Source of the DNA: Octopus vulgaris
Lineage: Eukaryota
Assembly (NCBI GenBank): GCA_951406725.2
Contig: OX597819.1
Span: 126,232,001 to 126,296,000, forward strand
DNA length: 64,000 nucleotides
Reading direction: 5' to 3'
The notes under the pieces are model-generated. The model was not told where the DNA came from. It did not search any database and saw only the letters and a program-made list of their open reading frames with translations. The translations under genes were made by a program, and so were the position numbers. Shown in pieces: positions 1 to 13,186 of the stretch. Numbering within the stretch: position 1 is the first letter of the stretch; the number at the start of each line of letters is the position of its first letter.

Positions 1-317
1 AGGAGTACAGTTGAACATCTATTTTTCAGCCACTACAATTGTTTCTGCGCAACATAGTTGTCCAGGCGTGCAGGTACTCGATTATGCAATCGTTTCCCTG
101 CATTATGAGATCTATATGTGTTTCCTCAGGCGATATTTATATATTGTCTCCGTAAGTTGAAATTACGGAGACAGTATTTACATACCTCATGAAGAAACAC
201 AGCTAGATCTCATAATGCAGGGAAACGGTTGCATAATCTAGTACCTGCACACCTGGAGAACTACGTTGTGTAGAAAGAATTGTAGTGGTTGAAAAATAAA
301 TATCCAGCCGTACTCCT
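1..317. mobile_element. Fold-back palindromic element with degenerate hammerhead motif (Penelope-like pLTR remnant)
   Basis: Arms are imperfect reverse complements from aggagtacag (1) to ccgtactcct (317), centred on tgtctccgtaa/ttacggagaca (145-173). The left arm read on the minus strand gives ctgagga...gggaaacgattgcata. May continue past the window edge. Confidence 0.7.
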
Positions 318-344
318 TGTTGACTCCAAATCTTTTCAATTATA

Positions 345-556
345 TATGTGTGTGTATGCGCGTTTGTCCCCACATCACCGCTTGACAACCGATGTTAGTG
401 TATTTATATCCCCATAACTTAATGGCTCAGCAAAAGTGACAAATATAATAAGTGCTGGGCTTAAAAATAAGTCCTGGGGTTGATTTGATCGACTAAAACC
501 CCTAAAGGCGGTACTCCAGCATGGCTGCAGTCAAATGACTGAAACAAGTAAAAGAA
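345..556 (+). mobile_element. SINE family A, 3' half
   Basis: Matches the 3' part of the copies at 16385 and 54881, ending ggcggtactccagcatggctgcagtcaaatgactgaaacaagtaaaaga. Confidence 0.8.
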
Positions 557-568
557 AAAAAAATAAAG

Positions 569-615
<47 letters not shown>

Positions 616-1127
616 GCATGTGTATGTGTATTTACGTATGTACATCTCTGTCTATACAATGGCATGTATGTGTGCATGTATGTGTAAATGCGTTTGTATG
701 TTTACATAGGGGTTTGTGTAATTCTCCTTTCATAATTTTGGGGTTATATAGAGTGTTTTAGAAATAGATTTGATGTCTTTTGTGACGCAATAAGGCGACA
801 GTTTAGGTGTAGACATCAAACAAAGGACTGTTGTCGCTAAGTTCAAGTAGTTAATTGGTATTAAACAGCTGTAGTGAATCCTTTAACGATTGAATGACAG
901 AGATACCCCTGAGTGATTTTAACTTCATACAGGGCTTGAAATCGCACTTATTTTATCAACGTCCATAAGTTGAAAGGCAAAGTCGAGTTCAGCAGCATTT
1001 GAAGTTCAGAACGGGAAGAGCCGGAATAAATGCTCCCAAGCATTCTATCTACCTCAACGAATAGCCGACGAGTTCACGCTTTTGCCAGCTTTCCGACTTA
1101 ACAATAACAACAACAACAACAACAATA

Positions 1128-1337
1128 ATGGTTTCAAATTTTGGCACAAGGCCAGCAATTTCAGGAGTGGGAATAAGTCCATTACATCGATACCAAGGTG
1201 CTTACATGGTACTTATTTTATCGACTCCGCAGCAATGAATGGCGAAGTCGACCCCTGCGGAATTTGAACTCTGAACGTAAAGACGGATGAAATGCCGCTA
1301 AGCATTTCACCCGAAGTGCTGACGATTACACCACCTC
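1128..1337 (-). mobile_element. SINE family B (MetaSINE-like), diverged
   Basis: ggtacttattttatcgactcc...ggcgaagtcgacc...gaatttgaactc matches the family B core in reverse. Confidence 0.7.
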
Positions 1338-1425
1338 AATAACAATAATCCTTTCTTCTATAGGCACAATTGTTGTAATTTAGTGAACCATTCGTATACC
1401 CATCTGTGCAAAAATATATATTATA

Positions 1426-1526
<101 letters not shown>

Positions 1527-1724
1527 CTATATATATATGTATATATATATATATATATATAACTATATATATATATATATATAATTATATATATATATGC
1601 ATGTGTGTGTAGTGTAGTGTGTGTGTATGTGTGTGTGTGTGTCTGTGTACTTGGAAATAGATACGTGGTGTTCAATAAAATAATAAATAGTAAATAATAT
1701 ATGGTATGTATATATACTATATAT

Positions 1725-2008
1725 ATCGTCGGTTTCCCTGTATGTCTCCACTGTCCTGTTTTTGTTCCCAGTTTTGACCTTCCATAAGTACTGAATATTA
1801 TTTTAGAATTTAGTGGAGCAGCTGTCTCTGATGACTCATATTGTCGTTGAATGCTCGAAATGAGGAGTAGATAGACAACCGACAACTGATGGAGAGCTAT
1901 TTCTCTGTCTTTACTTGTCCTGTTCTCCATTCTTTTGTTGTTTAAGTATTTAACCCGTTTGTTCAAGTATTTCATAATGATGTCTGAACCGTCGGTGATG
2001 TACTGAAC

Positions 2009-2012
<4 letters not shown>
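1725..2012 (+). mobile_element. Probable Penelope-like terminal remnant with decayed hammerhead motif
   Basis: gtctctgatga...gctcgaaatgaggagtaga. The downstream part resembles the minus-strand element at 60155-60330. Followed by (TA)n. Confidence 0.4.
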
Positions 2013-2052
<40 letters not shown>

Positions 2053-2111
2053 ACAAAGGGGGGCGAATTTTGATTATTCCCACGTGGTGAGTTGTAATAT
2101 ATATATATAGG

Positions 2112-2276
2112 GAAATTAAAGAAGGAAAATACACACGCTTTACATAGTTTTAATATATTTAAAAATATATTTTATATTGTGTTTGCCAACCGGTTTCGTT
2201 TTCGCGAAACACAATATAAGATATATTAAAAAATATATTGAAACTAGGTAAGGTGTGTGCATTTTCCCTCTTTAAT

Positions 2277-2280
<4 letters not shown>
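2112..2280. mobile_element. Fold-back palindromic element in (TA)n
   Basis: gaaattaaagaaggaaaatacacac...gtgtgcattttccctctttaattttc inverted arms. The centre carries minus-strand cgaaaccggtt (hammerhead 3' half). Confidence 0.7.
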
Positions 2281-2328
<48 letters not shown>

Positions 2329-2340
2329 TTATAAAAAAAA

Positions 2341-2727
2341 AAAAGAAGAAAAAGTAAATGGAGATTGGGAAGTTAAAACTTGTTTATTATTAACAGCATA
2401 TTAATTATAATCCTTTACAGCTGTTCCGATTAATAATCAGTAAATATTAAGTAAATATTAAATTTATATGACCTGAGCATGATATCTTCAGAGGGAAAAA
2501 ATATGCTCTTGGATGTTTATAGGTGTTTATGAATTTATTATAGCAAAGAATCCATAAACATATATAAAACATCCAAGGGTATATTTTTTCTGAAGATATA
2601 CTTTGGTCATATAAATGTAATATTTACTTAATATTAATTGAAACAGCTGTAAGGGATGATGATTAATTTGCCGTTAATAATAAACAATTATTAACTTCCC
2701 AATCTCTATTTTCTTTGTCTTCTTTTA
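2341..2727. mobile_element. Fold-back element with hammerhead motif in each arm
   Basis: About 185 bp inverted arms. Right arm: ctgaaga (2590)...gaaacagctgta-aggga (2640-2656), followed by aataaa. Unique sequence continues to about 3005. Confidence 0.8.
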
Positions 2728-3112
2728 TATGAATATAAACTACATGTTTATATATACCTATTATTTTAAGGAAATTGATTTACTCAAAATACAAAGTATT
2801 GAACCAGTATTTCCTGGGATAAAACCCATCCCTTCGTGCGGTTAACACAAACTCCAATCGAATTTAAATAATATAAACAGTATGAGGGGTTTAGTTCACT
2901 GGTGATCTAAACCAATAGGTACGCTGCGTAAGTGCTATAACTGGTCACCCGTTAGGTTCCAAGTTCAAAACTGAGCCTGGAGCTAGGGATCCATAGTAGG
3001 CTTCCTATATACAAACATGCGTGTGTGTGTGTGTGTGTACGTGTATGTGTGTGTATATTTATATGTATGTATACATATAATTATATATACATATATATAT
3101 TTGCATGTACAT

Positions 3113-3144
<32 letters not shown>

Positions 3145-3164
3145 TGTTTTTGTATATGTATATG

Positions 3165-3196
<32 letters not shown>

Positions 3197-3206
3197 TGTA
3201 TATGTA

Positions 3207-3374
<168 letters not shown>

Positions 3375-3969
3375 ATGAATGATTAAAAGCGTCTCCGCCT
3401 ACAATCTAGCTGACTCACTCCTAAATCACAAACATAACAGATTTACTACGGCTCCTGCATGTTTTAGAGCAACAGTTGCTATAACAACAATAACATCATT
3501 CACAACAGCAACAACAGTCACAACAACAACAACAACAACAACATTAGTAATAACAGTAGTAGTTAAAACACCAACACCAATAACAGCACTATGATTAATG
3601 CAATAACTATTTTTTTTCCTCTCTATTTCCATTCACAGCTGCAAATAGCTAGCGGCTGGGCGAGACATAAAACTGATTTCTTTTTTTGTTATATTTTTGT
3701 AATTTGTCATTTCGCTGGCAATCACACTCCAACTCTTCTTGAATAGCGAACCTCTATCTAACACATTACTATCTTCTAACATGACAATGAGGGTTCTTCT
3801 TCGCGGTTGATTGATTTGCTATAAACAGTAGCTTAATCTCCCTCAAATCACCACTTTATTGTCTTTAAAAACTAAAAGACAAAAGATGTCATAGATAATG
3901 TTTGGATAGAACACGAGATGGTCACAGTTGGAACGTCTACTCGATCGTTGCTGACTTGTGATTAAATAT

Positions 3970-4126
3970 CAACAACAACAACAACTTTTGCAACAACAAC
4001 AACTTTTGCAACAACAACAACTTTTGCAACAACAACAACTTTTGCAACAACAACAACTTTTGCAACAACAACAACTTTTGCAACAACAACAACTTTTGCA
4101 ACAACAACAACTTTTGCAACAACAAC
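3970..4126. repeat. 18-bp minisatellite (CAACAACAACAACTTTTG)n, about 8.5 units
   Basis: Perfect tandem units read directly. Confidence 0.95.
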
Positions 4127-4687
4127 TAACCAATAAAGTAGCCCCTTCCCACTTACTCGACCTGCTAGGAGTAGCAGTCAAATCTTTTATAAAGCCATAC
4201 TCTACTGTCCTACTTTAAGGATTGACGATAGATTATGTAATCCAGCTTGTACTATGCCCGAACAAAAGAGGTGTAATGGTCTTTTGGGAAAGAAAGGAAC
4301 TCTTCTATCTTTCGGTCGCTCTACACAATCGCATGGCAGACAAATGTCTCAGAAATTACAGGCCCTAGAATAAGCAAAAGAAGAGGGAGAACACTTTTTA
4401 CAAACGTATCTTTAGACACATTCCTGACAAAAGGTCAGGATGGGCATAATCATCTATCCGATCAGAATCTGACCTAGTGTTAAACAGGAAGAAATCCTCT
4501 CCAAGGTGGCTCGATCTGCTAGAAGCAATAACTAAATGCTCCTCAAATCATGACTGGTATAGTTAGAAGGAGGTAAGGGCATGTTAGATAATGTAGGACT
4601 CTTGAAGCTAAACAGCAGCAGCAGCGACAATAATCATACCTTAATACTGAATAGCATGTAACACTTTCTCAACAAATATGTAATCGC

Positions 4688-5025
4688 CTTTTTTTTTTAT
4701 CCGCTCAGTGGAAGTCGACTCTCGGTCACTCGATGGATCAGCGTCCTCGAGCCAGTTCTATCCTGGGCCGCTTCTCTTAGATTGGCTATGTCCATTCCCG
4801 TATCACTCTTGATGGTGTCAACCTATCGGTTTCCTGGTCGGCCTCTTCCTCTCTTGCCACTGACCATTCCGAGCATGATGTCCTTCTCCAGGGATTTTCG
4901 CGGAGCCTCGTGGAGCTTTAGGTGTTTTCGCTCAATAAACACACCCAACGCCCGGTCTGGGAATGGAAACCGCTATCCTCCGACCGCGAGTCCGCTGCCC
5001 TAACCATTGGGCCATTGCGCCTCCA
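4688..5025 (-). mobile_element. SINE family C head fused to an RTE/BovB-like LINE 3' end
   Basis: 4895-5025 is the tRNA-like head ggaggcgcaatggcccaatggttaggg (minus strand). 4700-4890 encodes LEKDIMLGMVSGKRGRGRP...AAQDR, typical of an RTE C-terminus, then poly(A). Confidence 0.8.
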
Positions 5026-5369
5026 CTGCTGTTGCTGTTGATTAGCATCAGCCCCCTCCACGGATCAGCATTGACCTATGATCAATAATAGGCACTCTAG
5101 CCTATATGGAGAGAACACTACACAACATCATCCAATGAATCCTTTTCCAAACGGTAGGGTGTGATTTCAAGGCGAGTCGTCAATTGCAGGAGATATTTCT
5201 AGCAGTTCAAACGTCCACGTAGAGGCTTCTTCGTTGCTTAGTCAATAGCACTCTAGTTACTACTACCACTATCATTATCGTCGTCATCATCGTCATCATA
5301 ATCATCATCGTCGCCGTTGTCAGCCACCACCACCACTACTACTACCACTACTAGAAGTAGCGCCAACCG

Positions 5370-5508
<139 letters not shown>

Positions 5509-5889
5509 ATACAACCACCATCAAAACTGCAGCCTCATCTTCAACTTCACACAAACACAATGACACTCCTGACACCGTTGTCACGAACTTAGCCAACATC
5601 ATTACACCATTGTTCCGTCAAAACTTCACCAACCCCTGCAATCATGTCGCCCACCTCTTATGAAACCACCACTACTGCCATTACCATCAGCATATCACAC
5701 CTCCATCTCACCTGTGCAGTTCGAAAGCGTCGCTACACACCACCACCACCACCACCACCGCCACCACCACCACCACCACCACTACCGCGATCACAACCGC
5801 CGCCATTACCGTCATGGCTACCACTAGCACTATTCAAACAGTATAAGCCATCACTAAACACAAAAACCTTAACTCTCATAGACACACAC

Positions 5890-5920
<31 letters not shown>

Positions 5921-6154
5921 CGTACACAAACAGACAAATGAACGTACAAACATTATGCATGATACACACACATGGACAACAAACATGTACACACAGACAC
6001 ACACCACACACGTCCATACAAACACACACACACGTCTGTAATCCTATGCCAAACACACCTTTACTGACAAAAAAACTTCCACCAGCCCCGGCAATCATCA
6101 CCACTTCCATTATTACAAACATCACTAATATCTCTCCAAAATCATCATCAGCAG

Positions 6155-6222
<68 letters not shown>

Positions 6223-6251
6223 TCTGCTACCGCTGCTACTACTACTACTAT

Positions 6252-6297
<46 letters not shown>

Positions 6298-6310
6298 GCT
6301 GCTGCTGCAG

Positions 6311-6375
<65 letters not shown>

Positions 6376-6562
6376 GGCATCACTTTCCACTATCTGTAGG
6401 TAGCAATAAGAGCGTCAATAGCTACTGGAATCGCAATGAGTAACTACCAACAACACAATAGTCACTACCACACACATACAAGCATACAGACACACACACA
6501 CGCACGCACTCACATACATACACATACATACATGCAATCATACACATATATACACACATACG

Positions 6563-6600
<38 letters not shown>

Positions 6601-6634
6601 CTCACACATACACGTAACTGGTTTGTATGTGAGC

Positions 6635-6707
<73 letters not shown>

Positions 6708-6708
6708 T

Positions 6709-6751
<43 letters not shown>

Positions 6752-6875
6752 TTTGTACATATACATATGTTTGCGTATATATGTACGTATGCATGTATAT
6801 ATATATATAGATATATAGATAGGTAGATAGACAGATATAGACAGAGGGATATAGATAGATAGACAGACAGATAAT

Positions 6876-6954
<79 letters not shown>

Positions 6955-7247
6955 CTGCGAAAGATGAGCTGTATAGATGTATCTTGAAAACAATTTACAC
7001 ATATACGCACAACATACACACACACACACGTATATACAATTGCGAACATATACATAATTTTACACGCATGCAAACCACTACCCATCACCAACATTGCCAC
7101 CATTGTTGCTATTCCGTTCAGCGCGGCCATTCAATCCAATGTGGTTTTATATGTTTTATATTTATCTGTTTATCTATTTATTTCGTGCGTCTGACTATGG
7201 CACTTATAACTACTGTGTGTGCGCGTGTTTGTTTGTGTGTGCGCGTG

Positions 7248-7317
<70 letters not shown>

Positions 7318-7489
7318 CGTGTGACAAGTGAATATTTCTAGGAAATATACATTCTCTCTCTGGCCTAGGGAGCAGAAGCGCAGTCCTTCGTGTCATGCCT
7401 CACTGAACAAACGGAAGATAACGCCATTGACATCATCCATTACACACTGACCCAATTGTTGCTCTGCCATCAGCCCCGGCCTCGCCACC

Positions 7490-7521
<32 letters not shown>

Positions 7522-7945
7522 CACCAACAACAACAATAATAACAGCAACTACCTCCTCCGCCATCGCCAGCGTCAGCAAAAGCACCATCAAAGCCATAAC
7601 TACTAACTCCGCCACTTCGTCACTATTAAACCAACAACAACAACAACACTACTACCAACGCCACGATCAGCGCCATTGCTATCAACCACTCACCACACAC
7701 GCCCACAGCCATTACGACGACTACTACAGCGCTACCACCAATACTGGTAACAATACCAGCAACAGCTCTATCATTTATCAACACGAATTACAACAAATTC
7801 AACCGCAAGCATAAATATAATCGCCATTTTAACCTGAAACAACAATACTACACATTAATAACCAATCGCTTCAGCAATAACGTACAATATACGGGTACCA
7901 ATAGCGACATCATCATCACAACAATTATTATTATGTTGTTGTTGC

Positions 7946-8011
<66 letters not shown>

Positions 8012-8035
8012 CATTATTATTATTATTATTATTAT

Positions 8036-8900
8036 GGGTTTTTCGTCTTCTTTCAAATTTGCTTCCATTTCTTGCCGAGTGTCTTCCCGACTCCTAGGAC
8101 AAAGAAACTCATAGTATACATTGGTAGGCCATTAAACTAAACTCACTAGTTTTTAATTTTTTATTTATTTATCTGGTTTCAGCTCACAAGCTGTGGCCAT
8201 GCTGGGGCACCGCCATTTGGTGTTGCTACATGATTTTACTTCATGAATGCTTTTTAGCAATTGCCATTTGGTCCATGAGAGAGTTCGATGCAGCTGCCCT
8301 CATCTGCACCTCCTGCCGTGAAGTTGGTTCATCTGGGATACCTGACAAGAAGAGATCCAGTTTCATTTTAAAGACATCTGCATCCACCCCATGCAGGTCT
8401 CTTAGGTTCTTCGGGAGCATATTGAAGAGCTGTGGGCCTCGGAAGATCGTTCATTTTTTTTTTTTTGATAGAAATAAAGTTAAATTAAAATACATGGATA
8501 GTAATAGTTCTCACATCGACAATGCTCTTCTCAATACGTGTGATGTACCAGTTAAGACAATCTTTTGCACTTCTTGCAGGGATGGTAAGCCAGGGATCAT
8601 TCTCATATAATTTTCGGTTCCCTTCTTGATCATTCCTAGTGCTCCTACGATCACTGGTATTGTAACCGCCTTGAGATGCGACATTTTCTCAATTTCAATG
8701 AGCAGGTCTTTATATTTTCTGAGCTTGTCAAACTCTTTCGCCGAGATATTATGATCACAGGGGATGCTCATGTCGATCAATAAGCAAACTTTATTGTTTT
8801 GGTCTTTCACAACCATATCTGGTTTATTGGCCTTGATGGTTCGGTCTGTATGTACTGGAAAGTCCAACAGAATCGTTACATTTTCTCCTTCAGTTACAGC
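8036..8900 (-). mobile_element. 5'-truncated R4/Dong-clade non-LTR retrotransposon in (TAA)n
   Basis: ORF 8511-8867 (ANKPDMVVKD...LIDMSIP...KEFDKLRKY...IPVIVGALG...LTGTSHVLRRALSM) is a restriction-like PD..D..K endonuclease C-terminus. (ATT)n arrays flank both sides. Confidence 0.85.
8160..8452 (-). mobile_element. CR1/L2-group LINE 3' fragment nested in the Dong 3' UTR
   Basis: Minus-strand translation FRGPQLFNMLPKNLRDLHGVDADVFKMKLDLFLSGIPDEP; tail ggcggtgccccagcatggccacagc...ctgaaaccagataaataaa. Confidence 0.8.
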
Positions 8901-8964
<64 letters not shown>

Positions 8965-8993
8965 CATCATCATCATCATCATCATTATTATTA

Positions 8994-9161
<168 letters not shown>

Positions 9162-9162
9162 C

Positions 9163-9483
9163 ATTGAGTGAGAGAGTAGTGCATGCCATCAAAGTGACAC
9201 TGGGGTAAAATATACGAAGCCCAGTATACCCATCATGACTACCCGTCTGATAAGGGTACGCCAGGCACATGCATCATAACCATGTGTGTGCGACATGGTG
9301 ATCTTATATCAAGATAAACAGCACATGACCTTGCAGGTGGGGCCCAGTTAGAATTTTATTCTGGTCGAGTAACCCATCCTGCTCAAAAGGTGCCTGAATA
9401 AGGGTTGTTAAAGGATGTTGAACGAAACACCTATGTTTCCAGAGGTGAATTATTCAAACCCCAAAGAATCTCTCTCAACACAT
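9163..9483 (-). mobile_element. (TAA)n-associated non-coding retro-element, copy 1
   Basis: Reverse complement of 11885-12207, embedded in (ATT)n. Confidence 0.8.
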
Positions 9484-9493
9484 ATTATTATTA

Positions 9494-9585
<92 letters not shown>

Positions 9586-9589
9586 TATT

Positions 9590-10023
9590 ATCTTTAATCT
9601 TTTACTTGTTTCAGTCAATAGACTGTGGTCATGCTGGGGCACCGTCCTGAGGAATTTTAGCCGAACGAATCGACCCTAATGCTTATTATTTTTGTTATTA
9701 TAAAGCCTAGTACTTATTCTATCGGCGGCTTTTGTCGAACTGTTAAGTTACAGGAACGTAAATGAACCAACACCGGTTGTCACGCGGTGGTGGGGGACAA
9801 ACCTAGACACAAAGACATACACACATATATATATACATACACATGCGCACCTACACACACTCACACATATATGACGAGCTTCTTTCAGTTTCTGTCAACG
9901 AGATCCAGTCACAAGGCTTTGATCGGCTGAGGCTATAGAAGGCACTTGTCCAACATGCCACACAGTAGGGCTGAACCCGGAGCCATGGGGTTGGGAAGCA
10001 AACCTATTACTACGCACTCTCGC
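9590..10023 (-). mobile_element. SINE family A
   Basis: Reverse-strand match to family A head, body and tail. Confidence 0.85.
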
Positions 10024-10127
10024 CTGCGCTCGACCAACATCATCATCATCAACACAGATATGAATGTCAATGAGAAATTCCTGTATGCAGTCTGTAAAAA
10101 TAGTTGGCAGGTCTTCCTCAAAGAGTA

Positions 10128-10290
10128 CCTATTTCTTTATTACCCACAAGGGGCTAAACATAGAGGGGACAAACAAGGACAGACATAGGTATTAAGTCGA
10201 TTACATCGACCCCAGTGCGTAACTGGTACTTAATTTATCGACCCCGAAAGGATGAAAGGCAAAGTCGACTTCGGCGGGATTTGAACTCTG
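10128..10290 (-). mobile_element. SINE family B, 5'-truncated
   Basis: cctatttctttattacccacaaggggctaaac...gaccccgaaaggatgaaaggcaaagtcgac. Confidence 0.85.
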
Positions 10291-10444
10291 CCACCTTTAA
10301 ATGAGGACATAGTGCGCGGTGTTGTGCTCAGTGCAATGTGATTAAGAAAGAACCAGATGACCACAGCTGAAATTATCATAGGTCTGGTTGATCAGGGTTG
10401 TACTAGGACTAATCAACAAAGACAACAACAGCAGCAGCAGCAAG

Positions 10445-10823
10445 TGGAGGCGCAATGGCCCAGTGGTTAGTGCAGCGGGCTCGCGGTCGGAGGATCGCGG
10501 TTTCGATTCCCAGACCGGGCGTTGTGTGTGTTTATTGAGCGAAAACACCTAAAGCTCCACGAGTCTCCGGCAGGGGGTGGTGGCGACCCCTGTTGTACTC
10601 GTTCGCTCCAACTTTCTCTCACTCCTTCTTCCTGTTTCTTGTCCCCGACTTCCTACGCAACCGCTGAGCCTGGATGCGCATTCATCCATCCGTCGCTGCT
10701 CTCGGTGTCGGGGGTTGACCTGCTTTCTCTTCTGCGGGTCTTACGAATAGCAAAGGACCACGTTTCGGATTTCTCCCACAACTGGGATGAAGACCGCTTC
10801 GCTCAACAAACAAACAAACAAAC
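10445..10823 (+). mobile_element. SINE family C (tRNA-like head), tail type 1
   Basis: Pol III A box (tggcccagtgg) and B box (gtttcgattcc), ends in (AAAC)n. Same tail as 50490-50797. Confidence 0.9.
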
Positions 10824-11329
10824 AAGCAGCAGCATCGGTAGCAGTAGCAGTAGCAACAACAGCAGCAACAACAACAACAACGACGACGACGATATGTATG
10901 AACTAGTAATACAGTATTTACACTATCTTTAGACCTGCTAAACACAGAAGTCAAATGTCCCTAAATACCATTTCTCTGGTTTAAAAGTTAAGGCAGATTG
11001 GATTATGTACTCTTAGGTGTACTATGACTGAAAAAAAGTGATAGGATAATTTATTGATGGAACGTTGGGAGTAAGCCACAAGATCATAAATATCAACACT
11101 GTTCAACGAACAATAGCAATAGTAACAGGCACTAGTCTAGTGATTTTCTAATAATTTTAGAAGGACAAGTGGATAACATTGACTTCAGAACTCGACTGGT
11201 ACTCGATTTTAGGGATCTCCAAAGAATGAAAGCAACGTTGGCCCCGATGTGAGTCGCAAGGAATGTCGCTAAGCATTTTGTCAGACGCGCTAAGGATCTT
11301 TACCAAATCACCGCCTTAAAAATAATATT

Positions 11330-11500
11330 AATCCTTTCTACTATAGGTGCAAGGCCTGAAACTTGGGTGAGGGGGCTAGTCAATTACATCGACCCTGAAA
11401 GGATGAAAGGCAAATTCGACCTCAGCGGAGTTTGAACTCAGAACGTAGCGGCAGACGAAATACCGCTAAGCATTTCGCCTGGCGTGCTAACGATTCTGCC
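11330..11500 (-). mobile_element. SINE family B
   Basis: gaccctgaaaggatgaaaggc...gtttgaactcagaacgtagcggcagacgaaataccgctaagc. Confidence 0.8.
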
Positions 11501-11513
11501 TTGATAATAATAG

Positions 11514-11576
<63 letters not shown>

Positions 11577-11662
11577 CGATGATGACGATGATGATGATGG
11601 TGATGATGGTGATGATGGTGATGATGATGATGATAATAATAAATAATAATAATAATAATAAT

Positions 11663-12206
11663 TTATGCCCTGATGCAATACCAGGTAGTGGCTCTCGTGG
11701 TTTCTGACCGTAACTGATTGGAAGTGTTATCATGTACATTGTTTTGTCTTGTTATAAAAGATGGGCTACAGCAAACAGATTTGCTTGTCAGTTGTTTGAT
11801 CTTAACCAGTTGAGCATGTCTCTTAGTGGCTGACGATATGTGTATCTCTGATCACGAGCAGAAGTAGTGGGGGAGCATCATAGCCATGTGTTGAGAGGGA
11901 TTCTTAGAGGTTTGAATAATTCACCTCTGGAAACATGGGTGTTTCGTTCAACATCCTTAAACAATCCTTATTCAGGGACATTTTGAGCAGGATGGGTTAC
12001 TCGACCAGAAGAAAATTCTAACTGGGCTCCCAACTGCAAGGTCATGTGCTGTTTATCTTGATATGAGATCACCATGTCACGCACATATAAGGTTGTGATG
12101 CATGTGCCTGGTGTACCTTTATCAGATGGGTAGTCATGATGGGTATACTGGGCTTCGTATATTTTACCCCAGTGTCACTTTGATGGCATGCACTGCTCTC
12201 TCATTC

Positions 12207-12207
<1 letters not shown>
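11663..12207 (+). mobile_element. (TAA)n-associated non-coding retro-element, longest copy
   Basis: About 545 bp between (AAT)n arrays, ending catgcactgctctctcattc(aat)n. Homologous to 9163, 38579 and 39057. Confidence 0.8.
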
Positions 12208-12260
<53 letters not shown>

Positions 12261-12631
12261 TCTTTCTAATTTTGGCACACAAGACCAGCACTTTTGAGGA
12301 GATGGAGCGAATCGATTTGATCGATTTCTCGAACATTAACAAAATTAACAGAGGTATTAATTATCAACATAATTTATGCTGTTTTCTTCTTTTTTAAAGC
12401 TAAGCTAACATTCTCTCTAGTCTTCTTCAAATAACTTCTCTGCCAAATATCCCTCAAAATCTATCTCCCTCAAAATCTGCCAAATCTCCCTCAAAATACC
12501 TTTAATTCCACACCAGCATTCTTTATTGTAATGCTATAATCAAAACGACCAATATCAACTATATGGAGCACTTTTTACGTTAACACTTCATTGTGAGTAC
12601 CACCAACGCTAACAATACTATCAGGATTATA

Positions 12632-12702
<71 letters not shown>

Positions 12703-12994
12703 TAAATTCAGCCTCAGCAACCATAAATCTTATACCTAGTCTACCATTATGACTGGAAACCAGCTTGATCGAAAGTAATCTGACCCATTGAATGAGTCGA
12801 AAATAGATCTTTGTTCCTGATGATTATCGTCAATTCACGTTATGAGAAAGAAGAGAAGAAATATTTCAAATAGGACATTTGTTTAGAGAAAAGCAAAGTG
12901 TTTACTGGTGCTGCTAGATAAAGATAACTAGACTTGATTAGAACATTCGTTATACGAGCAATGTTGTCCCAAGGTTGACAAAGCGCACAAAATA

Positions 12995-13186
12995 TATGAA
13001 GAGTTTACAAAAAAAAAAACATAAGACGAAGACAGGTGGTGTACAAAACAAACAATTGTATTAGTATAACGCTCAGGAATAGAAAAAGTCATTTATGTTT
13101 CGAGCCTACGCTCTTCTACAGAAAGGGACACAGAAAAAAACAAGGAGAGAGAAAAATGTGTGTAGTGGCTAACGATCTATCTAGGC
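12995..13186 (-). mobile_element. About 190-bp family D element with minimal hammerhead-like motif
   Basis: Near-identical to 51208-51397. Minus strand reads ctttctgtagaagagcgtaggctcgaaacataaatg (13090-13125). Confidence 0.8.

Noticed and set aside
3958-4218. Poly-Q/LL repeat ORF
   Set aside because: Explained by an 18-bp minisatellite; no splice or homology support.
10445-10520. tRNA-like sequence
   Set aside because: It is a SINE head that continues into a repeated body. No complete standalone tRNA gene could be supported.
12815-12850. ctgatga motif (also at 40620 and on the minus strand near 35185)
   Set aside because: No properly placed stem II, GAAA, stem III or stem I pairing, so not called hammerheads.
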